A DNA stretch of 63,843 bases, filler included, from Perkinsus olseni (lineage: Eukaryota): assembly GCA_013115125.1 (NCBI GenBank). It is 3 parts of 3 records of this genome, joined end to end, with 100 filler letters (N's around TTAATTAATTAA, not from the genome) between each part and the next. Parts side by side here need not be neighbours in the genome. Positions count along the whole stretch, not along the records: positions 1 to 22,545 come from JABANN010000536.1; positions 22,646 to 45,186 come from JABANN010000537.1; 1 more part is not named here. One strand, written 5' to 3'. The translations under genes were made by a program, and so were the position numbers. The notes under the pieces are model-generated. The model saw only the letters and a list, made by a program, of their open reading frames with translations, searched no databases and was not told the origin of the DNA. This document shows positions 12,547-22,779 of this stretch, piece by piece. Position 1 is the stretch's first letter, and every line of letters starts with the position of its first letter.

Positions 12547-13737
12547 TTAATTCTCAAGTAGAGCTATCTTATTATTAGTGTAATCAACATGAACGCTGTA
12601 CGCCCTGAAGAAGGGTGTACCAATAAGGTTCATGTCGTTTTCCTGCACGAATATTATCACATCCCCGTTCCCAGTGTGCACACAGTAATGCTTTGGGTGT
12701 ATCTTAATCGGGATAGAATTATCTCCCTCTCCCAATTGGAGTCCCAACACCGGCAGACTGTCGAAGGCTTCTTCCTTGGCACGTGCGAGACCCGCCTCGC
12801 GGTCCAGCCACCACGTCTCATTCATCTGCTTCTCACTGTAGCCGATTTTCTCCAGTCTCATTCTGAGCTTGCTTTCGATATCTTCTAGTAAACCTGGATA
12901 CGGCAGGTATATGCCGTCGGACCCCGAATCCACCGTGCTCAGAAAAGAGATAGGACGCTTCCTCACGAGGCCTTCCTTCATTAGTAGTGCACCTTGGGCA
13001 TCGAACAGCCTCAGTGACGAGACCCATACAGCAGCGAACGCCCGGTACGACTCCGGATCATAAGCATAGTCTACGAATTTGTATTCGCCCGCCTTGGACT
13101 CATCAAGCGCATCGCCTAGCGTCAGCTGCCCGGATATACGGTAAGAATTTCTGCTGCCATCCGTGTGAAGGGTGTATGACCGGCGTCCAATGACGTTAAG
13201 GCGGAGGATGGAATCGAGAACACTCTCTCCGCCAGGCCACGGGTGAGGAACAGTGGAGCTCGGTTCCAAATTCGATATTCCGAAGAACCCGTATGGTTTG
13301 CCTGCCGTCTTCCATTTGCGGGCTCTGGAAATCACGAATGGAAAATTAGCAGCTTCACGACCACCCAATACCAACGTGCCAGTGCGGTTGATACCTTTGA
13401 TACGATCTCCATCCTTGAACTTCACACCTGGGAGAGGTTGCGTCTGGCTGAATTTACAAGGAGACTCCTCCGAGCAGAAGTAGCAGCCGGCGCGTGGGTC
13501 ATCACACGCGCCTTTGCCGAATTCTCTTTCATACCATCGGCCGTCCATAACCACGAGTCCCCAGAAACCAGAGTCCAAGATCAGCTTCACGACTTGACCG
13601 TCGATGTTGACGGTGACGAAACCTTCCTCGGCTGGCATCGTCACAGTCTTGGTCGGGGCGTCTGCTACCACTCCTGAGGCTTCACATAAAATATGGAGAG
13701 TAACGCCGAACATCATGGCGGCGAAGGGCGTCCACAT
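12547..13737 (-). CDS. Secreted pepsin-family (A1) aspartyl protease, intronless
   Basis: 396-aa ORF with signal peptide, two catalytic motifs (LILDSG, TVDSGS) and C-terminal LIGTPFFRAYSVHVDYTNNKIAL. Confidence 0.9.
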   Translation of the reverse strand: MWTPFAAMMFGVTLHILCEASGVVADAPTKTVTMPAEEGFVTVNIDGQVVKLILDSGFWGLVVMDGRWYEREFGKGACDDPRAGCYFCSEESPCKFSQTQPLPGVKFKDGDRIKGINRTGTLVLGGREAANFPFVISRARKWKTAGKPYGFFGISNLEPSSTVPHPWPGGESVLDSILRLNVIGRRSYTLHTDGSRNSYRISGQLTLGDALDESKAGEYKFVDYAYDPESYRAFAAVWVSSLRLFDAQGALLMKEGLVRKRPISFLSTVDSGSDGIYLPYPGLLEDIESKLRMRLEKIGYSEKQMNETWWLDREAGLARAKEEAFDSLPVLGLQLGEGDNSIPIKIHPKHYCVHTGNGDVIIFVQENDMNLIGTPFFRAYSVHVDYTNNKIALLEN

Positions 13738-14039
13738 TGCGCAGAGAAACCTAATCTGCAGCTGAGGGATTATACCATGGAGTCCACGGTCTACCGCGAT
13801 GTGGCATACCGAATCTCGCAGAGGTTTCCGACTCGCTAATCGCTACGCTCAACTCCCTCGCCTGGCGGAAGAGAAGCTGTCTCCGACCGTCTCGGGCGTA
13901 GCGCGCGTGAGTCGCGACGGACGGTTATGGTAACTCCTCATCCGATTTTAACGAAGAATGCATCTCAATACACGGCGAGCTCACTCGCGATTCTCTCAAA
14001 GGACATGGGGCAAAGCTTCGAAAATATATGCACGGACTT

Positions 14040-16934
14040 TCATATCGTTTGCATACCGTGAAAATCGGACAGGATGCTGATGCACCGGACGGCTCCCCGG
14101 AGTGTCACTCGAGGCAGAGAAGGGACGTCCGAGACTCCTAGTAGGGCATGCCCACCTCTGTCAGCCCTGCATCCAGCTCGGAAAAGTGACAGAGGTTGGA
14201 ATGGTAGGCTAATCTGCAGCCTCATTAGGAGAGCACCTCAAGGTGGGGTGCCAATATGTGTAAGGCGGTGTATCGGACTCGAAGCAGCACAGATATTCCG
14301 CTGCACTGAATAACTTCTTCAGAAGAAGGCTCCCATCATGGTCTTTCAGGATGCCCATCGTGCGTTCGAGGTCAATCGGGTAACGTTTCATCCGCACAGT
14401 TGCGTCTGTTTCGAATTTATCTAAATGTGTCAGCAGCACGCATGACGCTTTTCGCGATTCCGGCGAATCGTGGGATGCAACCCTCGCGGATCATCTCGAG
14501 AAGTGGCATTCGGGCGAACTTCGGTGGGTCTCTTTTGTCTGCATGAGAGTTCGCCTTTAGACTGCACGCCCAACTCATAAAAATACAAGACAGTTGCGGT
14601 AACAGAAACTGGGAATGGAAAGTGACTAATAAGTCTCGGAAATTCAACTTTCGAGGAGCATCGGAAGGACTAGTTTTTACTAGCCTTCGAAGACTCAGCC
14701 GCCGCCATTCGCTGGGCCTTCTCTCTAAACTCCGGCACATCCTGAAGAGGAGGATACGCAAAGGATGATAGCATCAATTCAATAGTGTAAAAATACGGGC
14801 GAGCTTCCCTTAGTAACGCAGTTATACCACACTTCCCCCAACTCTCACCTCGCCTTTCCTCAACATGCCTGTATCTTTCACATAAACTGGCGGTGTGACG
14901 AACAGATCCTTCAACTCGAGAGCTTGACTGACGACCGGCTTCACGCAGGAATCGTAGACCACCCCGCAGGCGTCGAATTCGTCAAGGCACAGATAAATCT
15001 GATATAAATTTTTCCATAACTTCTAGCAGATGCCAGGGGTTACACACCATGGGAGTGGAGAAACGGAACGAACGACGGCGGCTTGTGAATTTCAGGAAAG
15101 TAGAGAATGCATAACGCCAACAGCGAGAGGAAACTCGAATAGCGTCAACTCGCCTTGAAAGATGAGTGGATATGTAACACCCACATACAAGCGACCTTGT
15201 CTCGATCGACTCGACGCTCCCAAACTGTCGATATCCCCCAGCTCACTTCAAGCAGCGGCCGGACAAAGTTGTGGTACGGCAGCCAGAAGTACACTGTATT
15301 GAATAGCGGCTCTCCGATGAGCAGAAACTCGAAGATGGCCCAGTACATCAGAAGTTTCTGAGAAGAGACAAGACTTCGGAAGAATGAGAATATGGCCTTC
15401 CCAAAGCCTTCGGGTGATGTCGCTGGCAAGGGAGTGCCGAGGCTCGCGTCGGTTCATCGCCGCATGAGAGCTCAACCTAGATACTACTGTGCGCGCGACA
15501 CGAGGTGTCATAATGGAGAGCTTCTAATTGGACTTCACGTCTAGAGAGGACTAAAGGTTGAGTGCTTCGATGTACCCGCCTAGCGCGTTTCCAGGCCGGT
15601 AACTGCGGGTTGTTAAGATCTCAACCTTTTCTCCGGATCATTATTAACAATGATTTAACGAGTATCAAATTCTCCACGATAAACGGCATGCAGCCATGCA
15701 GCATGGCACGAGTGACCACGAACTGAACCCCCTCTTGAAGATCCGAAGAGCGAAATGCGATGCCATGAAGGCGCTACTACCCGCTAATGATACCGAAAAT
15801 AAATTTGAGAAGATACGGTCAACATTTTCGTGATTGGTGGCTTTATCAGCTGTAGCCGGAGACAGTACCGCGCATCAGTCAGACCGGGGTTTTTCGGTTC
15901 GCAGGTATACAAATTAACCACGCGGCCAAATGGCTCAAGTAGAACATACTTACTAGCCTCGAGTTTGCACTCCACTACCCCATTCTGTTAACCGAGCTCA
16001 TTCTCAAGCGACCCTTTACTACCCTCGCTACAGCGTAATCCACTTGATTCTGACCTAGAATCATGAAGGTACGATAAAGGGGATAGACAACACCGGTCAC
16101 ATTAGAAATCGGAGATACCATCTCTCCACTTATAAGACAAATAACGGCGAAAATGTACCCTGCTGCTGCTAGAATCACTGAAACCTGAGGAAAAAAGAAC
16201 CTCAGGCCGCCTGAGTCAGGCGACATTCCTGACGAATTCGACACAGATGGAGTGTCTTCCGATGTCTTCGTTGACTCCTCCACATGGGAACAGAAAAAGT
16301 GCATGCCCCGAAGAGGAAAGTACCAAGAATGCGGCTGCTATCTTGCTGCACGAGGATGTCGAGGGGACTATGAAATTTGCTCGAGAAAAGTGTTGAGACA
16401 GTCCGACACGGCAAGAGCTGTACTCGACCTAAACGACCAATCTCCGAAGCAGATTCCATTGGCGAATGAGACTCAACAAAATGATGGGTATAATTTCATC
16501 CTTCATACCTCAGCAATAATGAGGCGACCATGCCACATGCAATAATGAGGCCCTTGGGCCGCAGATCAGAGAGCGCCCGAATGTCGCTAAAATACGATTT
16601 TCAAAGACCCCCCTTCAAAATGGATAATATGGATATAATCTTTAGTACCATAACACCACCGAAATCGACACGACTGACGTATGATCACCCCGAGCCCCCC
16701 TTTTCACCAGGAGTGAGTCACTACCGGTGTCCACTGTAACCTCCGAGCTGCTGCGGATAATGTATCACTCCTGGCCAAGTGCTGATTGCAGATTTGACCA
16801 AGACGCTCCAGCTGGGCCTCGAACTTAGAAAGATGATCTAATAGGTTGTCTTGCATAGATCGCTTGGCTGAGAAATTAACTGAGACGTTGTTGCGGAGGA
16901 ACGAGCCTTGTTCGAGTAAAGTTACATCTGCCAT
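14040..16934 (-). CDS. TB2/DP1/HVA22 (Yop1/REEP) family protein with C-terminal extension, multi-exon
   Basis: Exon 1 from the ATG at 16934 splices to VSVILAAAGYIF..ISNVTGVVYPLYRTF; later exons give KLLMYWAIFEFLLIGEPLFNTVYFWLPYH and CGVVYDSCVKPVV, the characteristic HVA22 pattern. Linkage of the 3' exons is less certain. Confidence 0.75.
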
Positions 16935-17024
16935 ACCATAACTTTCCCGACTTTAACGCAAGAGGGTGATACATGGACATAACATCATCACAACAACATA
17001 ATCATCATGATCCATCCAAGAGCG

Positions 17025-18203
17025 TTAATTCTCAAGTAGAGCTATCTTGTTATTGGTGTAATCAACATGAACGCTGTACGCCCTGAAGAACGGCGTACCC
17101 AGGACGCTGTCGTTTGTTTCTTTCACAAAAATAATATATTCTCCTTGTAAAGGGCCGGCACAATAATGTTCCGGGTGTATCTTGATCGAAATAGAATCAT
17201 AACCGTCATCCAATCGAAGCCCCAAAACCGGCAGGCTCTCAAAGGCCTCCTTCTTGACATAATCACACCCCCACTTGCTTTTCCGCCAAACTCCTGCTAT
17301 CTGCTGCTCTCCGTAACCACACTTCTTCATTTCTCTTTTCAACCCCTTCTCGATCTCCTCTAAAAGACCAGGGTAAGGCAGGTATATGTCGTTAGCACCC
17401 GTGTCCATGGTAGCGAGGAACGAGCTCAAGCGAAGACCCACCGGGCCTTCCTTAGTCGTGAGATTGCCTCTTGGACCGAACAGCTTAACAGAAGACACCC
17501 AGACCGATGTCATTATTCGGTGAAATCGGGGATGATACGTAAACACGGGGAACGCCCACTTGCTTGCCTTCGACTTCGGTATCGTGTCACCAAGCGTCAG
17601 CTGCCCGGTGACCTATCCTGAGACCTGCTTGGCTCCGGTGAGAAAAGTGTATGATTGGCGTCCGATGACGCGTCGGCGCACAAGGGCGTCGAGTAAACCT
17701 TCTTCTTTGAGCCATCGACCGTCAGGCGGTGGGGGATTTCCTGCTAGTAGACCGAAAAACCCGTGAGGTCGACCCCCTACCCATTTAATAGCCTTGAATA
17801 TCTTGAAAGTAATATTCACGGGATCGCCTGGACCGAGCACGAGGGACCCATTACGCTCGATGCTTTCGATCCGAGAGCCATCACCAAAGTTCGATGTAGT
17901 CACTTCCCCATTTTCGAAGCTACAAGGGGACTTCTTCGAGCAGAAGTAGCAGCCGGCCCACGGATCACCACACGCGCCTTCACCGAACTCGCTCTCATAC
18001 CATCTGCCATCTGCTAGTTTGATGCCCCAGGCGTTAGTGTCTAAGAGGAGTTTCACTTCTTGACCGTCGATGTTGACGGTGACGAAGCCTTCCTCGACTG
18101 GCATCGTTACAGTCTTGGCCGAGGCGTCTGCTACCACTCCTGAGGCTTCACATAAAATATGGAGAGTAACGCCGAACATCATGGCGGCGAAGGGCGTCCA
18201 CAT
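17025..18203 (-). pseudogene. A1 aspartyl protease paralogue interrupted by one in-frame TAG (17613-17615)
   Basis: ORFs 17613-18203 and 17025-17546 are in the same frame (..VSG*VTGQLTLGD.. vs ..NSYRISGQLTLGD.. in the intact copy). The first motif is DTN, the second DTG. Confidence 0.85.
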
Positions 18204-18224
18204 TAATACGGCGCATGCTGCTGC

Positions 18225-18430
18225 GCGCCCGCCAAATTTCTCGCTCCGCCCAGAAATTTACTTATGCCGCCCATGGGCATTTCTTGACCCGCCCTCCGAA
18301 ATTTCTTTTTTCGCCCATTGCCGTTTCTTCATCCGGCCTCCGAAATTTTCTTCTTTCGCCCATCGGCGTTTCTTGACCCGCCCCCTTTGACTATACCCGC
18401 CCCTCCTTTATCCTATTTCCGCCCTTCTTT
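18225..18430. repeat. ~44-nt pyrimidine-rich tandem repeat (cgcccat..tttcttgacccgccctccgaaattt)
   Basis: 3-4 imperfect copies. Confidence 0.75.
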
Positions 18431-18485
18431 CGCCCCTCCGCCCGGATCGGCGCCTCGTCGATGGGTCCTTCCGTCCTTGAATTGG

Positions 18486-18693
18486 CAGTTTCCACATCTC
18501 ATTTTGATCACGCGGTCAGTGTAGTAACTCTGATAGTGATGGATCGGCATCTCTGGCCTTCGATCCGGATGGGTTCCTGGCTGAGAGCTCTTCCCGTTCA
18601 TGAAGAGTCAGTTTCCACGTCTCATTTTTATCACGCGGTCAGTTTAGTAACTCTGATAGTGGCGGATCTTCTTCTCTGGCCTTCGACCCGGAT
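18486..18693. repeat. Direct duplication, period 123 nt
   Basis: cagtttccac.tctcatttt..atcacgcggtcagt.tagtaactctgatagtg occurs at 18486 and 18609. Confidence 0.85.
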
Positions 18694-19574
18694 CGCCAGG
18701 GTAGGAACGGCAGGTCTCACAGCTGAGTTGAGTGGTGCTTCGCTTCTCAGTTGCGAAGGAAGCTTGCCGTATTGCTTGGCATTTCTCGGGAGCAGCGGAT
18801 GCGGCGGACGACAAGAGCATGCTCTTTCTTATCAAGAAGCGTATGTGCTTGCCGGTAGGTCTCCTGCCAGGGCTGCTGCCTTGGACGTCTTTATTGACCT
18901 CAGTCGGCCCAGTCGCCATACATCACGATGGTCCTCGGAGGTTAGCTGTCGATAATGAGCGTCCTTGGTTGTAGTGGCGCGGCAGGTCCGTCACGATACC
19001 GGGGTCGAGATCTCAAGGAGCTGCATTCGGTCCTTGATATCACGGACTATCACTTTGATTGCTTCATGCAGCTGGTTGGCCGGTCCCTGCGATAGGTGCT
19101 GACCCATAGGATTAGCGGATGTTGGATGTATCAGGGATATCGGCGCGACGACTGCGGTCGTGGACGGCGCGGTCGTTCGACTAGAGACGATCTTGCATGA
19201 TGGGGTCGCTGAAGGACAATCTGGGAGGTGAGGGGATCACCACGGGAATACCGTGGTCCATCCCGTGACGGGATGGGCTTGTTAGATAAGGGAGGTTCGT
19301 GGGTACTAGCTACTTTCATCTGACTGCGTCGCCCGATAGTGCTATTGGAGGAATTGATGTCAGCAAGAACGGCACCATGGCCTGTCTCGGTGATAGGGAT
19401 GGAGTCGAGTTAGGAGGTGAAGGGGAGTTGCTAGAATAGCTAGTGGGCCTGGTGGTGGGGCACTGTACATGCGTTCAAGTCCGCACGCATGCACACAGTG
19501 TCCGGGAGTCCCCGTGCGAATAACCGGCCTCGATATTTCTATAATCTAATACCATTACATTACCCTCTTCTCGG

Positions 19575-21170
19575 ATGAGTGATGCTCAACCTTCTCCCCA
19601 GCGTCTCTTCGTGCGAGTATTGACTGAGCTCCGTCAGGATATTGTCGAGGCAATCGATCGAGCCATCAATACAGCGAATAACGGACTTGAATACGGTGAG
19701 TTACCACCGGAAACCGTGTATTTCCCCCGCCTGGTCTTATTATCTACTGTCATTCAGGCGCCAATGCTCACACCGACAATCGCCGTCTCTCAACCGCTTC
19801 CACAGCGAGCACCTCGAGTCTCAAGAGCCCTCACCCTAGAAGAACGTCTGTGCGCCCCACCAGCAACCCCTATTCGAAGACGATGATCAGCAGTCTGAGA
19901 GTGGGCTCGAAAGAGTGAGTAACATTTCGACTGGTCGACATCGATTCGGGGAAACGGTTCCGTTTGTTCTTCTAACACCTTGCTGCTCAGCTGGTGCTTG
20001 GAGGGTAGAGTGGTTAGCAAGTCGGAGGTCTTCGGTATATCTACCGGAGACCTGTTCCACGCGCACGTCTCAGACTCAAATTCTGATACGGTCAAGCTGC
20101 TGTTCTATGATGAGGTAGTCCCTGACTACTCGCTTGGGCGTCCCAAGCCTCGTGACATGTTCGGTGTAGGCTGCTTACAAGTTCCACGGCTCCATCCAAA
20201 TTGGGGGCAGATATTACTTTCGTAACGGGAAGGTCATGCGAGCTCATTCAACGTTCAATAAGGATGCCCATGTAGAGGTGACTCGCGTTGGGTCATGCCA
20301 CTAGCGGAACTCATTTCATTGATTTCAGATCAAATTCGACACGTCCGCTGTTATTGAAGCTGCCGATGACATCGAAGCTGTTACCGAGTTGGATTAAATT
20401 CGACGATGATTAAGTATAGTCCTGACAGGATTACAAATTTTTGCATGAATAATAAATTCGAGGGCGTCGTGTTAGTCAGCGGCTCGGAGGCTCCAGGTTG
20501 GAGGGAACGTTCCGTTCGGGTTAGCTGTAGCTTGTGCTCCCTCCTCTCGTCACGTTGTGACCAGTGTGCTACGACCATCACCGACGTGTAGGCATAATAG
20601 GGGGGTCGGTGCTGGTGTCCCCTCAATTGCCCCTGTGGATTCAAAGGCTTCATTTGTACGGGATGTTAGTTTCTACACCTTGTCCATTGTAAGAGCTCAT
20701 GAATTGGTGAAGGTATGGTACTGGAGTATCCCAGGTGCTGTTGACGGTAACCCTATGGGATGGTCATGTGTCACCATACTTCCTACTTGTGCCTACTACT
20801 TGAAGGTCGGCAGGTACCTGCGATGTGATGGTCCATCACTTGCAGCCTCGGCTAGTGTCTGCACTCCTCAGGTCCTCTATGGCTCTTGCCATTGGCAAGT
20901 TGCCAATGCCCTGGGTTCTAACATCCAGAACATCTTCATAGCTCTCGCTCTGCCGTGAATAGTCCGGCGGATTCCCCCCTCCCTGGAGTGTCCTTTACTG
21001 GATCATTTAAAGCACAAGTGCGTATGCAGGCTAGATGATCCAGTGATATGCAGCTGCTAGCTGCCAGATAGCCTAGGCTGCCTAGCTGGGCTATGTACAG
21101 TGTTTGGTTTCCTATGTCATTCTGATCATGCGATTCAATACTGTATCAGTAAACTACGCATTCTTTCGGT
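19575..21170 (+). CDS. RPA70-like tandem OB-fold region (multi-exon), probably the 5' part of the USP gene
   Basis: Spliced translation MISSLRVGSKDWCLEGRVVSKSEVFGISTGDLFHAHVSDSNSDTVKLLFYDEAAYKFHGSIQIGGRYYFRNGKVMRAHSTFNKDAHVEIKFDTSAVIE follows RPA70 DNA-binding domain A. A more divergent second OB-like segment follows. Confidence 0.7.
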
Positions 21171-21379
21171 AGGGTTGTGTTGTCAAGTGTGACGGGCATG
21201 GGGAGTGATAAGTGCAGTTCGCTCGGACCTCCATTGTCACCAGTAGATTGATCTCTCCTCGACGTAGATTGACCTCAGCTAGACAACCTCGCAGGCGAGG
21301 TTGACGGCGGAATGGGTTCAATGCGTTCAATGAGGCGTTCCGGGAGTTCCTTTTCTTTTCTCAATGAATTCTTCACAGT

Positions 21380-22545
21380 CGAGCCTCATTCGACTGAACC
21401 AACCACGTGGGCTGTACAATTTGGGGAACAGTTGTTATCTCAACTCGTTGCTGCAATGTTTAGGAAGCAACGAGGGCTTGAGGGCTGCGATACAGCACCA
21501 AGTGAGTTGCAATCACTCGAAGGTGAGTTGTTCGGCCAGTTGTTTCGGCTAGTCTGAGATTTTCAGCAAACGGCTTGCACCGAGTGCGCACTATCGCGCC
21601 TCTTCTCGCTCCTGCATGACCCGGATAATGCCGTCTCGCCTGTTTATCCCACGGAAGTGAGAAATGGGAGGGTTGAGGGGGGGCGACTTTATGTTGAGTG
21701 CACTCAGGTTGTCGAGATGATGACCCGATCGTTACCTTTGGGGAGACAACATGATGCTCATGAAGCCTTCCACATTCTAGCTCAGTCCACTCCTCATCAT
21801 GGAAGTTCTTCTGTACTCGCTCACAGGGGCGTTTTCGAATCCCGTTTCGGATTCTTCTCGTACACTACCTTAATCTGCTCCGAGTGCGGCCGTGTTACAC
21901 ATAAGCAGGAGTGGAATCTTGATCTCGTATTATCTGTGAATGTAGGTTTTCGGTGGGTGAATTTATTTTTGGTGACCACAATCATCTCTGTCAGGATGAG
22001 ACGTCCCTGGAAAACTGTTTAAGGTCACACTTCGCCAGCTGCGAGGTCTCAGGTAAACCTCAGAATATATCATCGATCTCATGATACCACTCCCTCTTGT
22101 CTATCGTGTTACTGGATATCATGCGTCCTCGCAGAACTCCATCGGAATGAACCGGGTTGCCCTTCTTTCGATTGCCTACTGTCAGGTGATGTCTATTGTG
22201 AAAGGTGCTGTCGACGAACGAGGACCTTCACCGAGGCTTCGGTCGAGGAGGGTCCCGAGACTCTCGTCATTTGTCTGAGGCGCGCAAATGTTCGCATGAA
22301 AGTAGCCCGGCATGTGGAGTTCACGAAGCATTTGGAGATGACCGACTATCTGACGATCACGATGGGCCAGCGCACAGCCTTCTACACCTTGTAAGACACA
22401 GGCACGCACACAACATATCGGAGATGAGTTGGTTGGCTCTTAGGTCGGCTTTCGTAGTGCACGATGGCTCTTCGCCGTCCTCCGGGCATTACCGGGCTTT
22501 TGCTCATGTGTGTGGAAAGTGGTTCGAGTGCAACGATCACACTAT
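21380..22545 (+). CDS. Ubiquitin-specific protease (peptidase C19) catalytic domain, multi-exon, runs into gap
   Basis: Cys box GLYNLGNSCYLNSLLQCL, QHDAHE, zinc-ribbon CSEC and CERC, GPETLVICL, His box VVHDGSSPSSGHYRAF..WFECND. Confidence 0.92.
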
Positions 22546-22779
22546 NNNNNNNNNNNNNNNNNNNNNNNNNNNNNNNNNNNNNNNNNNNNTTAATTAATTA
22601 ANNNNNNNNNNNNNNNNNNNNNNNNNNNNNNNNNNNNNNNNNNNNGTTTTACTAATTTGCTCTGGGCTTTATTAAATTGCTCTGGGGTTTTACTAAGTAG
22701 GTCTGGAAATGGTGTAGTAGAGGATATTCAATTTAGATCACCTAAATCGATGCCGTGCGTCTTCCGTCACCAGAGCCAC

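Noticed and set aside
15693-15707. Isolated 7-bp-arm palindromes (also 51784, ~56858, ~10698)
   Set aside because: Individually within chance expectation for a 64-kb window.
17613-17615. In-frame TAGs here and at 54620 as stop-codon reassignment or readthrough
   Set aside because: They align to different residues (Arg, Tyr), both genes have other defects, TAG ends the 38900 ORF, and the long ORFs contain none.
20510-20570. CSLC..CDQC zinc-finger-like motif in ORF 20406-20591
   Set aside because: Falls mostly within a predicted intron (gttagc..accag).
22590-22601. TTAATTAATTAA embedded in Ns (also 45231-45242)
   Set aside because: Artificial six-frame-stop scaffold spacer, not biological.
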